Both the position numbers and the translations under genes were made by a program. Under the pieces are notes generated by a model. The model worked only from the letters and a program-made list of their open reading frames with translations. It had not been told where the DNA came from and did not search any database. A DNA stretch of 64,000 nt from Macrostomum lignano (Eukaryota): contig NIVC01000119.1 of the NCBI GenBank assembly GCA_002269645.1, positions 111,323 through 175,322 on the forward strand, written 5' to 3'. Positions 1 to 12,458 of this stretch are shown in pieces. How positions within the stretch are numbered: position 1 is the first letter of the stretch; each line of letters starts with the position of its first letter.

Positions 1-476
1 ACAAAATAAACCAGGCTCCCGCATACTGCCCGCTTTTACACGGCAACGTAACTTACAGAGCCTCCTGGCTCCCAATAAGTTCAAGTCTCAGCCAGGAAAC
101 ATTTAATCATTTTAACCAATGCGCTATTTTACCCTATTGAAGTACAATATTTAGTCACGTGTCATTTATTTTATTTTATTCAAACTGCTTAATTGTACGC
201 TCAGTATTGATTTTTATGCTCCTACCCCCAATACCGGCATTTCATCTAATCGTATAGTATCGCATATCGCATAGTACTTCGAAATAACAATTTTTTTATT
301 ACAAATATACTGTCGTTTAAAATGAATGGTGGAAAGCCTCTGGGACAAGTTAGAGCTAGGCAAAACAGGGTCTTAAATGTACATCCCTCATATGTACAAC
401 TACTCATCAATTCTATCAGACTAAGAAAAATAATACTTAAAAGACCAACTGGAATTGCATGACACACAGATTTTTT

Positions 477-515
477 GGCCTGACGAAGAGCCGCAGAGGC
501 TCGAAACCGGTAGCC
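477..515 (+). ncRNA. Minimal type I hammerhead ribozyme motif (Penelope-like element type)
   Basis: GGC-CTGACGA-A-GAGCC(GCAGA)GGCTC-GAAA-CCGG-TA^GCC. It has the conserved CUGANGA and GAAA boxes, a perfect 5-bp stem II, a palindromic ACCGGT stem III/loop, a GUA cleavage triplet (after 512) and a 3-bp stem I (GGC/GCC). One extra A lies between A9 and G10.1. Confidence 0.7.
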
Positions 516-570
516 CATATTAAATTAATTAAGTCTTTTGATTTTTTTAAACACGCATGGACCTCCGTGA

Positions 571-585
571 CTCTCTTCTCTCTCT

Positions 586-634
<49 letters not shown>
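571..634. repeat. (CT)n microsatellite
   Basis: Direct reading. Confidence 0.95.
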
Positions 635-637
<3 letters not shown>

Positions 638-812
638 TTCAGCACCCAGCAGAGTCGAATGCAGAGTAGAAGAGAAAGGGGAAGAGAGGAAGAAGGTCGG
701 GGAGCTGCTACCCAACCTCTTCCCCTCGTATCTGACTGCCATCCTAAATGCGTGGGCGGTCCTCGATTAGAGGCAAGGCAGAATTTACTGGCCAAGGAGG
801 CCGCGAAGCCGG

Positions 813-1455
813 GCATCTCAGCAACTCCTCCCCCAGTGAGCCATGGCATCTCAGCAACTCCTCCCCAGTGAGCCATGGCATCTCAGCAACTCCTCCCCCA
901 GTGAGCCATGGCATCTCAGCAACTCCTCCCCAGTGAGCCATGGCATCTCAGCAACTCCTCCCCCAGTGAGCCTTTGGCATCTCAGCAACTCCTCCCCCAG
1001 TGAGCCTTTGCATCTCAGCAACTCCTCCCCCAGTGAGCCATGGCATCTCAGCAACTCCTCCCCCAGTGAGCCATGGCATCTCAGCAACTCCTCCCCCAGT
1101 GAGCCTTTGGCATCTCAGCAACTCCTCCCCCAGTGAGCCATGGCATCTCAGCAACTCCTCCCCCAGTGAGCCTTTGGCATCTCAGCAACTCCTCCCCCAG
1201 TGAGCCATGGCATCTCAGCAACTCCTCCCCAGTGAGCCTTTGGCATCTCAGCAACTCCTCCCCCAGTGAGCCATGGCATCTCAGCAACTCCTCCCAGTGA
1301 GCCATGGCATCTCAGCAACTCCTCCCCCAGTGAGCCTTTGCATCTCAGCAACTCCTCCCCAGTGAGCCATGGCATCTCAGCAACTCCTCCCCCAGTGAGC
1401 CTATGGCATCTCAGCAACTCCTCCCCCAGTGAGCCATGGCATCTCAGCAACTCCA
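813..1455. repeat. ~33-bp minisatellite (GCCATGGCATCTCAGCAACTCCTCCCCCAGTGA), ~19 units
   Basis: Direct reading; variants differ in C-run length and CCATGG/CCTTTG(G). Confidence 0.95.
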
Positions 1456-2204
1456 GATTCTTGCGATTAAGATCTCCTTGGATGGGAATTCGGGGACTAG
1501 ACTTGGGGAAGATGGGTGGCTCATACCCATCCCTATGGACTGAGTATGGGGGCGGACAGACCTACCTGAGGCTCAAAGAAAAATTCACCTATTCGGAAGC
1601 CCTGTACAGGCTGGGCAGAGGCCGATGGGGAACAGAATTTAGGATGGGAAGAAATGAATTCGGGAGGGAAAATTGAAAGCACGAAGCAGAAAGAGAATTT
1701 GAGTTCCACAATCTGAGCGCTTTCGCTAATGGATTTTGGCAAGATTGCTCAACTTCTTTTATTCAAATTATTCAATAGAAGGTTTACTTTAACAGATTAT
1801 TAGATAGAATGACGGAGCCACTTTTTGCTAGAGAAATCAGCTCCTTTAAAAGTGATTGATGCATAAATATATAGGGGGCACATAGGGTACATCATGCTAC
1901 TTATAGTAGTACTGTATTCAGCTGTATTCAAACAAAAGTTGGAAAGAAATTAACTACATATTAATAATACATACATACTATTAATTATTACTCATTAATT
2001 AATAATTAGTACCTGTACCTATAAAACAACACCAATAAAACAAATTTTTACTAAAATGAAGCGATTAAGCAAATGTTTGTGAGCCGCATAAATAAGCTAT
2101 AGTTAATAATGATTAATTGTATGTATGAGAAACGTGATATAGGGTTAGTCATAGACAGTTAAATCCGCCATCAGTCATTAGCAGAATCCGAGCCAATTAT
2201 ACAT

Positions 2205-2357
2205 CTATTTGCCGTCGCTGGTTTTTCGGTTTTTAGCAAAGGCATTGACAGCTCCCCAGCGGCTTCTGAGCTTGTTCAGGTGGGTGACGGAGATTCGATT
2301 CTCTGGGTCGATGTTCAGGCTGCGAGTGTCCTCCACGGGTAGGCTTTGAAGAAACCC
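2205..2357 (-). CDS. Plakin-like gene, last coding exon
   Basis: Acceptor TGTTGCAG at 2358. As written, the phase-2 join gives ..AISK-GFFKAYPWRTLAA* (stop 2315). One extra G would give ..GFLQSLPVEDTRSLNIDPENRIS..K* (stop 2205). Confidence 0.55.
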   Translation of the reverse strand, partial: GFLQSLPVEDTRSLNIDPENRISVTHLNKLRSRWGAVNAFAKNRKTSDGK

Positions 2358-2374
2358 CTGCAACAGCGGGAGTT

Positions 2375-4490
<2,116 letters not shown>

Positions 4491-4498
4491 TGACTCAC

Positions 4499-4740
4499 TT
4501 GCTGATGGCCTCCGCAGGCGGCAGCACCTCCCCAGTCGCGCTGTTAGTGAAGGCTCCAGTCTCCCGATCGATGAGGCCCTTCTGCGCCGCCTCCTGAAAG
4601 CCCAGCTTTTCTTTAGCGGCAACGTCGACAACCGCGTGCACGACGTAGGACGTCTTGGCGCTGTCGCCAGGTTCGCTAGTGGAGGACTTCTCCGGATTCT
4701 CGATGCTGATCAGGCCGAAGGAAGATGTGTCCTCGGATAT
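4499..4740 (-). CDS. Plakin-like gene exon, plectin-type repeat
   Basis: AAATTCAG acceptor, GTGAGT donor. YVVHAVVDVAAKEKLGFQEAAQKGLIDRETGAFTNSATGEVLPPAEAISK resembles plectin/plakin repeats. Confidence 0.75.
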
Positions 4741-4986
4741 CTGAATTTCGGCGAGCCAAAGTACTAAAGTAGTATAGAGCGTGTTTTTTGTTTGCATGAA
4801 TTGCACCGACTATGAGGCCGTGATGTGTCTGCTAACGCGTCTGGTGATGTGTCTGTTCTGTGTCTACTGTTGAGTCTACTAATGTGTATGTTCAATTGTC
4901 CGCCTATTTATCTTAATCATCTATCTGCCTATGTGTCCACCAATATGTCTTGTCCTCCCTCATCAGCCAATCGCCTCCGGCTTCAC

Positions 4987-5333
4987 CTGCTGCGCGGTGA
5001 CCAGCTCCACCCGGATCTTGCCAGCCGACATCGCGGCCTCCAACGGCATCTCGGCTCCGCTACCAGCAACTCGGTGTACATTCCGCGCTGAAAGTTCACC
5101 ACCCCGGAGGCGATGGCATCCTGCAGCGACACCTCACAACGTCCGTTCCAGACGGACTGGATGACGTATTTCTTGGCCACCTCCTGACGCTGCCGGGTCA
5201 CCATCTCGGAGCTGAACCGCGGCCCGGCGCCCGGAGATGCCAAGTCGCTGACGGAGGCGCTGCGGCGCTGACGGCTGGTGGATGTTGACCGTTTCCGGTG
5301 GTCTCAAGGAACTCGAACTCAAATTCAAACAGG
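4987..5333 (-). CDS. Plakin-like gene exon, plectin-type repeat (contains apparent frameshift)
   Basis: KYVIQSVWNGRCEVSLQDAIASGVVNFQRGMYT, then after a frame shift RVAGSGAEMPLEAAMSAGKIRVELVTAQQ. GTGAAG donor. Acceptor at 5333 (strong) or 5274. Confidence 0.65.
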
Positions 5334-5559
5334 CTGGGAAAGGCGAAGTGAGGTCAGGGATATGCAATGTAGTTGAAATCGTACTTGCTTTTGACTCTTA
5401 AACAATTAACATTTGCAGAAGGACTGGGGACACCTCGCCCTTCTGCCTTGAGGCTTGGCCCAGACAACCCCGCAGACCAAATGTAATTTGTGCCCCAAGC
5501 CTCTGCTGCTCAACTTAAGCTATTCTCTTCTGTTTGGGGAAAGTGTCTGCCCCTCTCAC

Positions 5560-5726
5560 CCAGTCCGCTGGCTCCGCTCAGTCAGTCGATGCGACCGCCC
5601 TGACCTGACGCTCCGTCGACTGCCTCCGTGAGCGTCGCGACTCATTGGCTGCTGCTGCTGCTGCTGCTGTTGTTGCTGAAGACTTTCAGCAGCCTCCGCC
5701 TCGATGCACTTGGCGTTGGCAAAGGC
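5560..5726 (-). CDS. Plakin-like gene exon (polyQ, Arg/Ser-rich linker)
   Basis: CGACAG acceptor, GTGAGA donor, phase consistent with neighbours; AFANAKCIEAEAAESLQQQQ.. Confidence 0.65.
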
Positions 5727-5814
5727 CTGTCGATAAAAAGAGTAACTCCAAAAGTAACTCTCCAAATTTCAATTATTCAATATTTATCCATCAAAACCGA
5801 ACTCTTTTGCGTAC

Positions 5815-5879
5815 CTTCAAGGCTCGAAGCTCACTCCGGATTCTTGGCAACAGTGTAGCGATGGATGTCGACTTATTAG
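5815..5879 (-). CDS. Plakin-like gene small exon
   Basis: TTTTCAG acceptor, GTACGC donor; phase 1 in, phase 0 out; (A)NKSTSIATLLPRIRSELRALK. Confidence 0.6.
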
Positions 5880-5924
5880 CTGAAAATGTGACAGGTGACA
5901 GGTACGATTAAACATGTAGAGAAA

Positions 5925-6205
<281 letters not shown>

Positions 6206-6229
6206 GTCTGCTTGTCTGCCTGCACTCAC

Positions 6230-6416
6230 CGGAATCCGCTTGAATTTTACCCAGCAGGAAGTCGATGGCTTCAACCAGCTTTTTACACTGTCGAAAGTCA
6301 TTCAAAGCCTCATCTCTATTGGCGGATGACTGCAGACTCTTGAGAAATTTCTCAACAATTTGGAGACGGTAGAGAAACGAGTTGATGGCGTCCTCCGTAG
6401 CCAGATTCGGCAGCTG
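6230..6416 (-). CDS. Plakin-like gene exon (helical)
   Basis: [62 protein letters not shown]; GTGAGT donor. Confidence 0.65.
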
Positions 6417-6495
6417 CTGGTTTCCATGGGCAGGTGGAATGATGGATGGAGATGCTGAATAGATCTGAGTTATACAAGAGTTCAGGTTTATTCAC

Positions 6496-6792
6496 CTCTG
6501 TCAGCTCGTCTCGACTAGCTCGCAGACTCTTCAATCGCTCCATCAGTGGACCAGCCAGTTCGTCCAGCAGCTCCCCGGCCGCCCGTTCGAATCCAGCGGC
6601 GATTCTACGAATCCGACCGAGCTCGGCCGAGTCGGGCGCCAGGGCGAGCAGCAGCGGAGGCACTCGCTGCTTCAGCCCGGTTCTCGCATCCTCGATCACC
6701 CACTGCTGCCTGTTGTTGTTCTCGAGCAGCAGGTAAGCGCCCTGCTGGGATAGGCTGATGCCCAGCTGCAGGTGGGGGACGCGTCGAAACAT
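6496..6792 (-). CDS. Plakin-like gene exon, plakin SH3-like domain C-half
   Basis: GISLSQQGAYLLLENNNRQQWVIEDARTGLKQRVPPLLLAL aligns by eye with the plakin SH3 pattern ([37 protein letters not shown]); 99 codons, phase 0/0. Confidence 0.7.
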
Positions 6793-6924
6793 CTGTGTAG
6801 TTGTTGCTCAGCTAAAAATGAGCACTACTGTACACACGCTCGTTATAACTCATCTTGTAAGCTACTTTCAGTTCAGTGGAAATGTTTTATATAGCACGAG
6901 CGTTAGCATTTTAATGTAACTCAC

Positions 6925-7074
6925 CACGGGACAGTCCATGTCGCAGACAGCATGGCAAGCGACCCTGCCGGGCTCTACAGGCAGCACCCGGTGTCGAATC
7001 GAATGACGACGTTGCATAGCCGCTGAGCACTTGACCAACAGGGCGATTTTGTTACTTAAGATGATCAGCTTTGA
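6925..7074 (-). CDS. Plakin-like gene exon, SH3 N-half
   Basis: TTTCAG acceptor, GTGAGT donor, 50 codons; SKLIILSNKIALLVK..RVACHAVCD resembles plakin ..RALCDY. Confidence 0.65.
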
Positions 7075-7220
7075 CTGAAATGTGAGGTTTGCTACTTATA
7101 GTAACTGTGAGTGGGAGATTTGAAATTTGGTGCTTCTGCTCTCAACTCTCGATTCAGAAACTCGAGCTTCTCCCTGATAGATTTCCCATTGAGACTTCCC
7201 TAGATTTCTAAACTATCCTC

Positions 7221-7772
7221 AGAGATTTCCCCACAGAGATTTCCCAGAGATTTCCCCACAGAGATTTCCTCACAGAGATTTCCCCACAGAGATTTCCCCA
7301 CAGAGATTTCCTCACAGAGATTTCCCCACAGAGATTTCCCCACAGAGATTTCCCCACAGAGATTTCCCCACAGAAATTTCCCCACAGAGATTTCCCCACA
7401 GAGGTTTCCTCACAGAGATTTCCTCACAGAGATTTCCCCATAGAGGTTTCCTCACAGAGATTTCCCCACAGAGATTTCCCCACAGAGATTTCCCCAGAGG
7501 TTTCCCCACAGAGATTTCCTCACAGAGGTTTCCTCACAGAGATTTCCTCACAGAGATTTCCCCACAGAGATTTCCCCACAGAGATTTCCCCAGAGGTTTC
7601 CCCACAGAGATTTCCTCACAGAGATTTCCCCACAGAGATTTCCTCACAGAGGTTTCCCACAGAGATTTCCTCACAGAGGTTTCCCCACAGAGATTTCCTC
7701 ACAGAGGTTTCCCCACAGAGATTTCCCACAGAGATTTCCCCACAGAAATTTCCCCACAGAGATTTCCCCACA
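7221..7772. repeat. 14-bp minisatellite (GAGATTTCCCCACA)
   Basis: Direct reading. Confidence 0.95.
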
Positions 7773-7839
7773 CAGTCCAGCCAAAAAAAACATCGTCAGT
7801 AAGCACACGGGAAAATCTCCTGGACCCGATAGAACTTAC

Positions 7840-7956
7840 CAGATTATCAACAGCAGACGTAGACTTCAACTGATTGTCTTTATTATTCTCATCTTCTTCA
7901 TCTGAGTCCTCCAGACTTCGCAGCTGCTTCTCGGCCTCCTTGACGCGTTCTAGGAT
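7840..7956 (-). CDS. Plakin-like gene exon (spectrin-repeat helix)
   Basis: TTTCTACAG acceptor, GTAAGT donor, 39 codons; ILERVKEAEKQLRSLE. Confidence 0.65.
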
Positions 7957-8351
7957 CTGTAGAAAGTGGATCGACCGTGATTTAAGGCCAACCATCAAAG
8001 GCTGAGAGTTTACATGCGTGTTTATGAGAATTGCCGTCAGAGCTGGCTGCAGGGACAATGTCTCCGATAGCGTTGCGTCAGGGTGCCCGCCGCCCCCATG
8101 TGAATATTATTGACCATTCTGACCCCAACAAATATTGTCTGCAGCTGACAAATGCTTACCTTAGCTACGCACTTAACATTGTGCACCTGCTTGGCCAAAC
8201 AGGACACAAGCTTTCTGGGTGTCGAATCGCCCGACTCGATGTCGAACTGAAGATTCTGGATATGGGATGGGGGAGTGAGCTCGAAGACAGTGAAATTTGC
8301 ACTGAAAATGCATCGATATTGTTGTCAACCGGGAGGCATGATTTCGCTTAC

Positions 8352-8426
8352 CAAATTGGCGGCGTCTTTTGTCTCTTCGGGAAAATATTTCGACCAGAGA
8401 TTTTTCGATAGATTGTACAAAACAGT
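8352..8426 (-). CDS. Plakin-like gene exon
   Basis: TTTTCAG acceptor, GTAAGC donor, 25 codons; TVLYNLSKNLWSKYFPEETKDAANL. Confidence 0.6.
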
Positions 8427-8504
8427 CTGAAAATTTGTAATTCCGATAAAAATATTAATTCTTTGTAATTTCTGCTGTAACCACTGTTTACGCCTGGTTA
8501 CACC

Positions 8505-9030
8505 TTCTCTGGTCACACTGTCTCTCAGTCTGGTCACACCGTGTCAGCGATCTGGTCACATTTTCTCTCAGTCTGGTCACACTGTCTCTCAGTCTGGTCA
8601 CACTGTCTCTCAGTCTGGTCACACTGTCTCTCAGTCTAGTCACGCTGTCTCTCTCAGTCTGGTCACACTGTCTCTCTCAGTTTGGTCACACTGTCTCTCT
8701 CAGTCTGGTCACACTGTCTCTCTCAGTTTGGTCACACTGTCTCTCTCTCAGTCTGGTCACACTGTCTCTCTCAGTCTGGTCACACTGTCTCTCTCAGTCT
8801 AGTCACACTTTCTCTCTCAGTCTGGTCACACTGTCTCTCTCAGTCTGGTCACACTGTCTCTCTCAGTCTGGTCACACTGTCTCTCTCAGTCTAGTCACAC
8901 CGTGTCAGCGATCTGGTCACATTTTCTCTCAGTCTGGTCACACTGTCTCTCCCAGTTTGGTCACACTGTCTCTCTCAGTCTGGTCACACTGTCTCTCAGT
9001 CTGGTCACATCGTCTCTCTCAGTCTGGTCA
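8505..9030. repeat. 21-25-bp minisatellite (CTCTCAGTCTGGTCACACTGT core)
   Basis: Direct reading; the block CACCGTGTCAGCGATCTGGTCACATTTT recurs at ~8537 and ~8897. Confidence 0.93.
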
Positions 9031-9131
9031 CAGAGTTACATGTACAGTGAAGTTTTGCCAATAATGTGCATAGTCACAATTCATGAAGCTTTAATCACTA
9101 TAAGTGAAAACAGACAATCAAACATCCTTAC

Positions 9132-9215
9132 GTTGCAGGTGTTAATCACGGCTAAATATTTGTTTCTGCCTTCGGAAGAGTCCATAATTGACTGTTGCAT
9201 TGTTGACTGAGTCTT
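9132..9215 (-). CDS. Probable upstream plakin-like exon
   Basis: CACCAG acceptor, GTAAGG donor, 28 codons; KTQSTMQQSIMDSSEGRNKYLAVINTCN. Another likely exon lies near 9430-9530 (KLYTELQTREAEQRRL), boundaries unresolved. Confidence 0.4.
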
Positions 9216-9647
9216 CTGGTGTATTAATTTCTTCGCTACAGTTCTAACTCGCAGAGTTTGCTCAAAAAAGCAACACGGTCTGCCATTCTTAAGTCTGGCT
9301 TTTTCTCACAAATAGCGCCCGAGGCCGAATGAAGCTCAAAAAGCATTCGAAAGCCGCATGGTCTGTCCTGTGCTGGTCAAGTAACGCGCACAGCTGTGAG
9401 AGAGAAAAAAGGCGAGACACAGAAGACAAGCGAGCCTTCTCTGCTCTGCTTCTCGTGTTTGCAATTCTGTGTACAATTTCACGCTAAGGCTAATTTCCAT
9501 TCTTTTCTGAGACATTTTGCTCTCCAATGCGAAGCGAAAGAGTTTACAAAAACCATTTGGGTAACAAAACTCGTTTTAATGCCAGTTTTTATGTAACCGT
9601 AATGAAAATGGAAACTGAAGAAATTGATGAATCCAGGGATGTAGGGA

Positions 9648-10478
9648 TGCTTGCTATTTAGGGATTCTTGCTATCTGGGGGATGCTTGCTATCTGGGTGG
9701 ATGCTTGTTATCTGGGGGATGCTTGCTATCTGGGTGGATGCTTGCTATCTGGGTGGATGCTTGCTATCTGGGGGATGCTTGCTATCTGGGGGATGCTTGC
9801 TATCTGGGGGGTTCTTGCTATCTGGGTGGATGCTTGCTATCTGGGTGGATGCTTGCTATCTGGGGGATGCTTGCTATCTGGGGGATGCTTGCTATCTGGG
9901 ATGCTTGCTATCTGGGGGATGCTTGCTATCTGGGGGATGCTTGCTATCTGGGGGATGCTTGCTATCTGGGTGGATGCTTGCTATCTGGGGGATGCTTGCT
10001 ATTGGGATGCTTGCTATCTGGGGATGCTTGCTATCTGGGGGATGCTTGCTATCTGGGGGATGCTTGCTATCTGGGGGATGCTTGCTATCTGGGGGATGCT
10101 TGCTATTGGGATGCTTGCTATCTGGGGGATGCTTGCTATCTGGGGGATGCTTGCTATCTGGGGGATGCTTGCTATCTGGGTGGATGCTTGCTATCTGGGG
10201 GATGCTTGCTATCTGGGTGGATGCTTGCTATCTGGATGCTTGCTATCTGGGGGATGCTTGCTATCTGGGGATGCTTGCTATCTGGGGGATGCTTGCTATC
10301 TGGGGGGATGCTTGCTATCTGGGGGATGCTTGCTATCTGGGGGATGCTTGCTATCTGTGCTTGCTATCTGAAGCGCTATCTGCAGGGGGGATGCTTGCTA
10401 TCTGAGGGATGCTTGCTATCTGAGGGATGCTTGCTATCTGGGGGTGCTTGCTATCTGGGGGATGCTTGCTATCTGTGG
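9648..10478. repeat. ~18-bp minisatellite (ATGCTTGCTATCTGGGGG)
   Basis: Direct reading; same family as 42860-43990 in opposite orientation. Confidence 0.95.
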
Positions 10479-11184
10479 CAGTGTTCGGCGCGAGGGGGTA
10501 TGCAATTTTTCGCGCCTTGTGTAAATTTTCAGGCTTATGAGTTCTCTACTATAAAACCTAGCATAGGTGCAGTAGCAGAAACAGGAGCTTAACTTGACAA
10601 GTCTGCGTGTCGAATGACTTTTTTAGATAGACATTTTTAATGACCTTTTTAGGGGTTCATGTGCCCACAAAAATGGCTTTTCTGGGTAAATGGGGGCTCC
10701 AGCCAAGGACTACTTAAGTAGAAGGATGCAAGACTCAGAATTGGTGAGAATTTCATTGGAGGCCTCCAACGAATTTTCCACGAAAGTTGAGTCTTGCGTC
10801 CTATATACTAGTATTCGTTACTTTAGTCGTCCTTGGCTCAGCCAGCAAAGCCCCCTCCCCTGCATTTGCTACTGCCTAGGTGTATATCCAATATATGTAC
10901 TTACAACAAAATAATTGAATTCGCAAACATCAACGCAAATTTGGCTGCAATTCACTTGGAGATCATGACTAAGAAACTAAGAAATACTGTTAATACAAAG
11001 ATTTGGGATCCACTGTATCAGAGTGCAATACAGAACTTATAGTCAGGTAGAACCAGGCAGCAAAACATATTGTGTCTACAGGCAAAAGAGGAATTTTATA
11101 CTTCCAAATTCGCGCCCCTGATGGACAAGGAAATTTGCGCCATATCTTTAGAATTCGCGCATTCGCGCCTGACTCCGAAGACTG
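10479..11184. mobile_element. Non-autonomous hAT-type DNA transposon (MITE), 706 bp
   Basis: TIRs CAGTGTTCGG...CCGAAGACTG (9/10 match), flanked by the identical 8-bp TSD ATCTGTGG (10471-10478, 11185-11192); subterminal TTCGCGC motifs at both ends. Confidence 0.8.
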
Positions 11185-11421
11185 ATCTGTGGGAATGCTT
11201 GCTGTCTTGGCGATGTTTTCTTTTTAGGGGGGAATGGCTGTCGTCTTTGTGAAAACTTTATTTATTGTTTTTCTGTTAATTTTATAAAAAAAGAATGAGA
11301 TTCATAGTAATCATCTTTGTCTTCAACAAGATGTTTTTGAGCATCATTAAAGCTTCCTACAAAATTGTTGTTGTTCCAATCTCTTTAATTGAGTGTCCTC
11401 ACAGTAAGAGACCGTCTTTAC

Positions 11422-11660
11422 GGCGGTTGCAGCTTAGTGATTTAGAGCCTCGGACTCACAACTGGAAGGTCGGGGGTTCGATTCCTAATCCCACTCGATC
11501 GGAACAATTTGTGCCCTTGAGCAAGACAATTAACTCTGCATTGCTTCAGTTCACCCAGCTGTAAAATGAGTGCCAGCATTAGCTGGGGTAGTTGAGGGTG
11601 TGTGTGGCGACCCCCCAGTCCTTGGACTGAACAGCCATGACCCGTGAATCGTGAACGACA
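11422..11660 (+). mobile_element. tRNA-derived SINE with CORE-like central domain
   Basis: A-box-like CAGCTTAGTG, B box GGTTCGATTCC (11475-11485). These are followed by GTGCCCTTGAGCAAGACAATTAACTC..CTTCAGTTCACCCAGCTGTAAAATG, which resembles the CORE/MIR motif (GTGACCTTGGGCAAGT..CTCAGTTTCCTCATCTGTAAAATG). Confidence 0.75.
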
Positions 11661-12246
11661 GGAAAGCATTAGACAAAGGCAGGAAAAGTGCTTCTTTTAC
11701 TATCTGATTTATTGTAGGAGACACAGTCAGTTTGCTGTGGAATATATTTTTGAGAACAAAGAAGACATTAAAATTGCATATAATATTTATTTATTATCAA
11801 TATTATATGACATGTTGTTATTTTTTTAATATAACTGAATCATCTAGAAAGCCACACACACTAGAACAGCTTTCTCGTGGATACAAATATTAAGCCTTTT
11901 GACAAAGCCAGCAAGCCTTAAAACACAAATTATAACAAATAAGGTATTATTTTGTTAGGCCGGGGGACCAGTGAACATAACCAAACTCAATTGAATAGCA
12001 ACTTTGGAAATAAGCAATTCTTCCAACTTCTGAATATTAATGCAACAGATGACGAAATTATAAGTCATTATAAATTACCTTTTTATATAGAATTAGAAAA
12101 ATAAAATTACAAAAACTAGGCTAGGATAATAATAGAATATTATTTGCTTCAAAAAGATGTACAATACGCACAATATACCGGGCCAGATCTCGGGGTCGGG
12201 TAGAGGCTGGTAGCAGAGAACAGCCAATACAGCACTGTTATATACA

Positions 12247-12252
12247 AGCAGA

Positions 12253-12283
<31 letters not shown>

Positions 12284-12294
12284 GACAGACAGAC

Positions 12295-12329
<35 letters not shown>

Positions 12330-12358
12330 CACAGCACAGCACAGACAGACAGACAGGC

Positions 12359-12391
<33 letters not shown>

Positions 12392-12394
12392 CTA

Positions 12395-12427
<33 letters not shown>

Positions 12428-12458
12428 CTAAGATAGACAGACAGACAGACAGACAGAC
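12247..12458. repeat. (GACA)n microsatellite with CACTAAGA interruptions
   Basis: Direct reading. Confidence 0.95.

Noticed and set aside
813-1455. Regular ~33-bp repeats as a CRISPR array (also 28-bp at 30915, 30-bp at 15880)
   Set aside because: Head-to-tail units with no unique spacers, no cas genes, eukaryotic context
8160-8301. Extra plakin exon (ANFTVFELTPPSHIQ..)
   Set aside because: Splice sites are plausible but the phase is incompatible with the flanking phase-0 exons, which join smoothly without it; adjacent sequence is a SINE remnant
9651-10592. (GDACYL)n / (MLAIWG)n ORFs (also 42929-43972)
   Set aside because: The 18-bp minisatellite is open in all frames; no unique coding context
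10690-11042. Short ORFs as upstream plakin exons
   Set aside because: They lie inside the TSD-bounded hAT MITE
11422-11495. tRNA genes (also 45477-45540)
   Set aside because: No complete cloverleaf; each continues into SINE body and tail sequence
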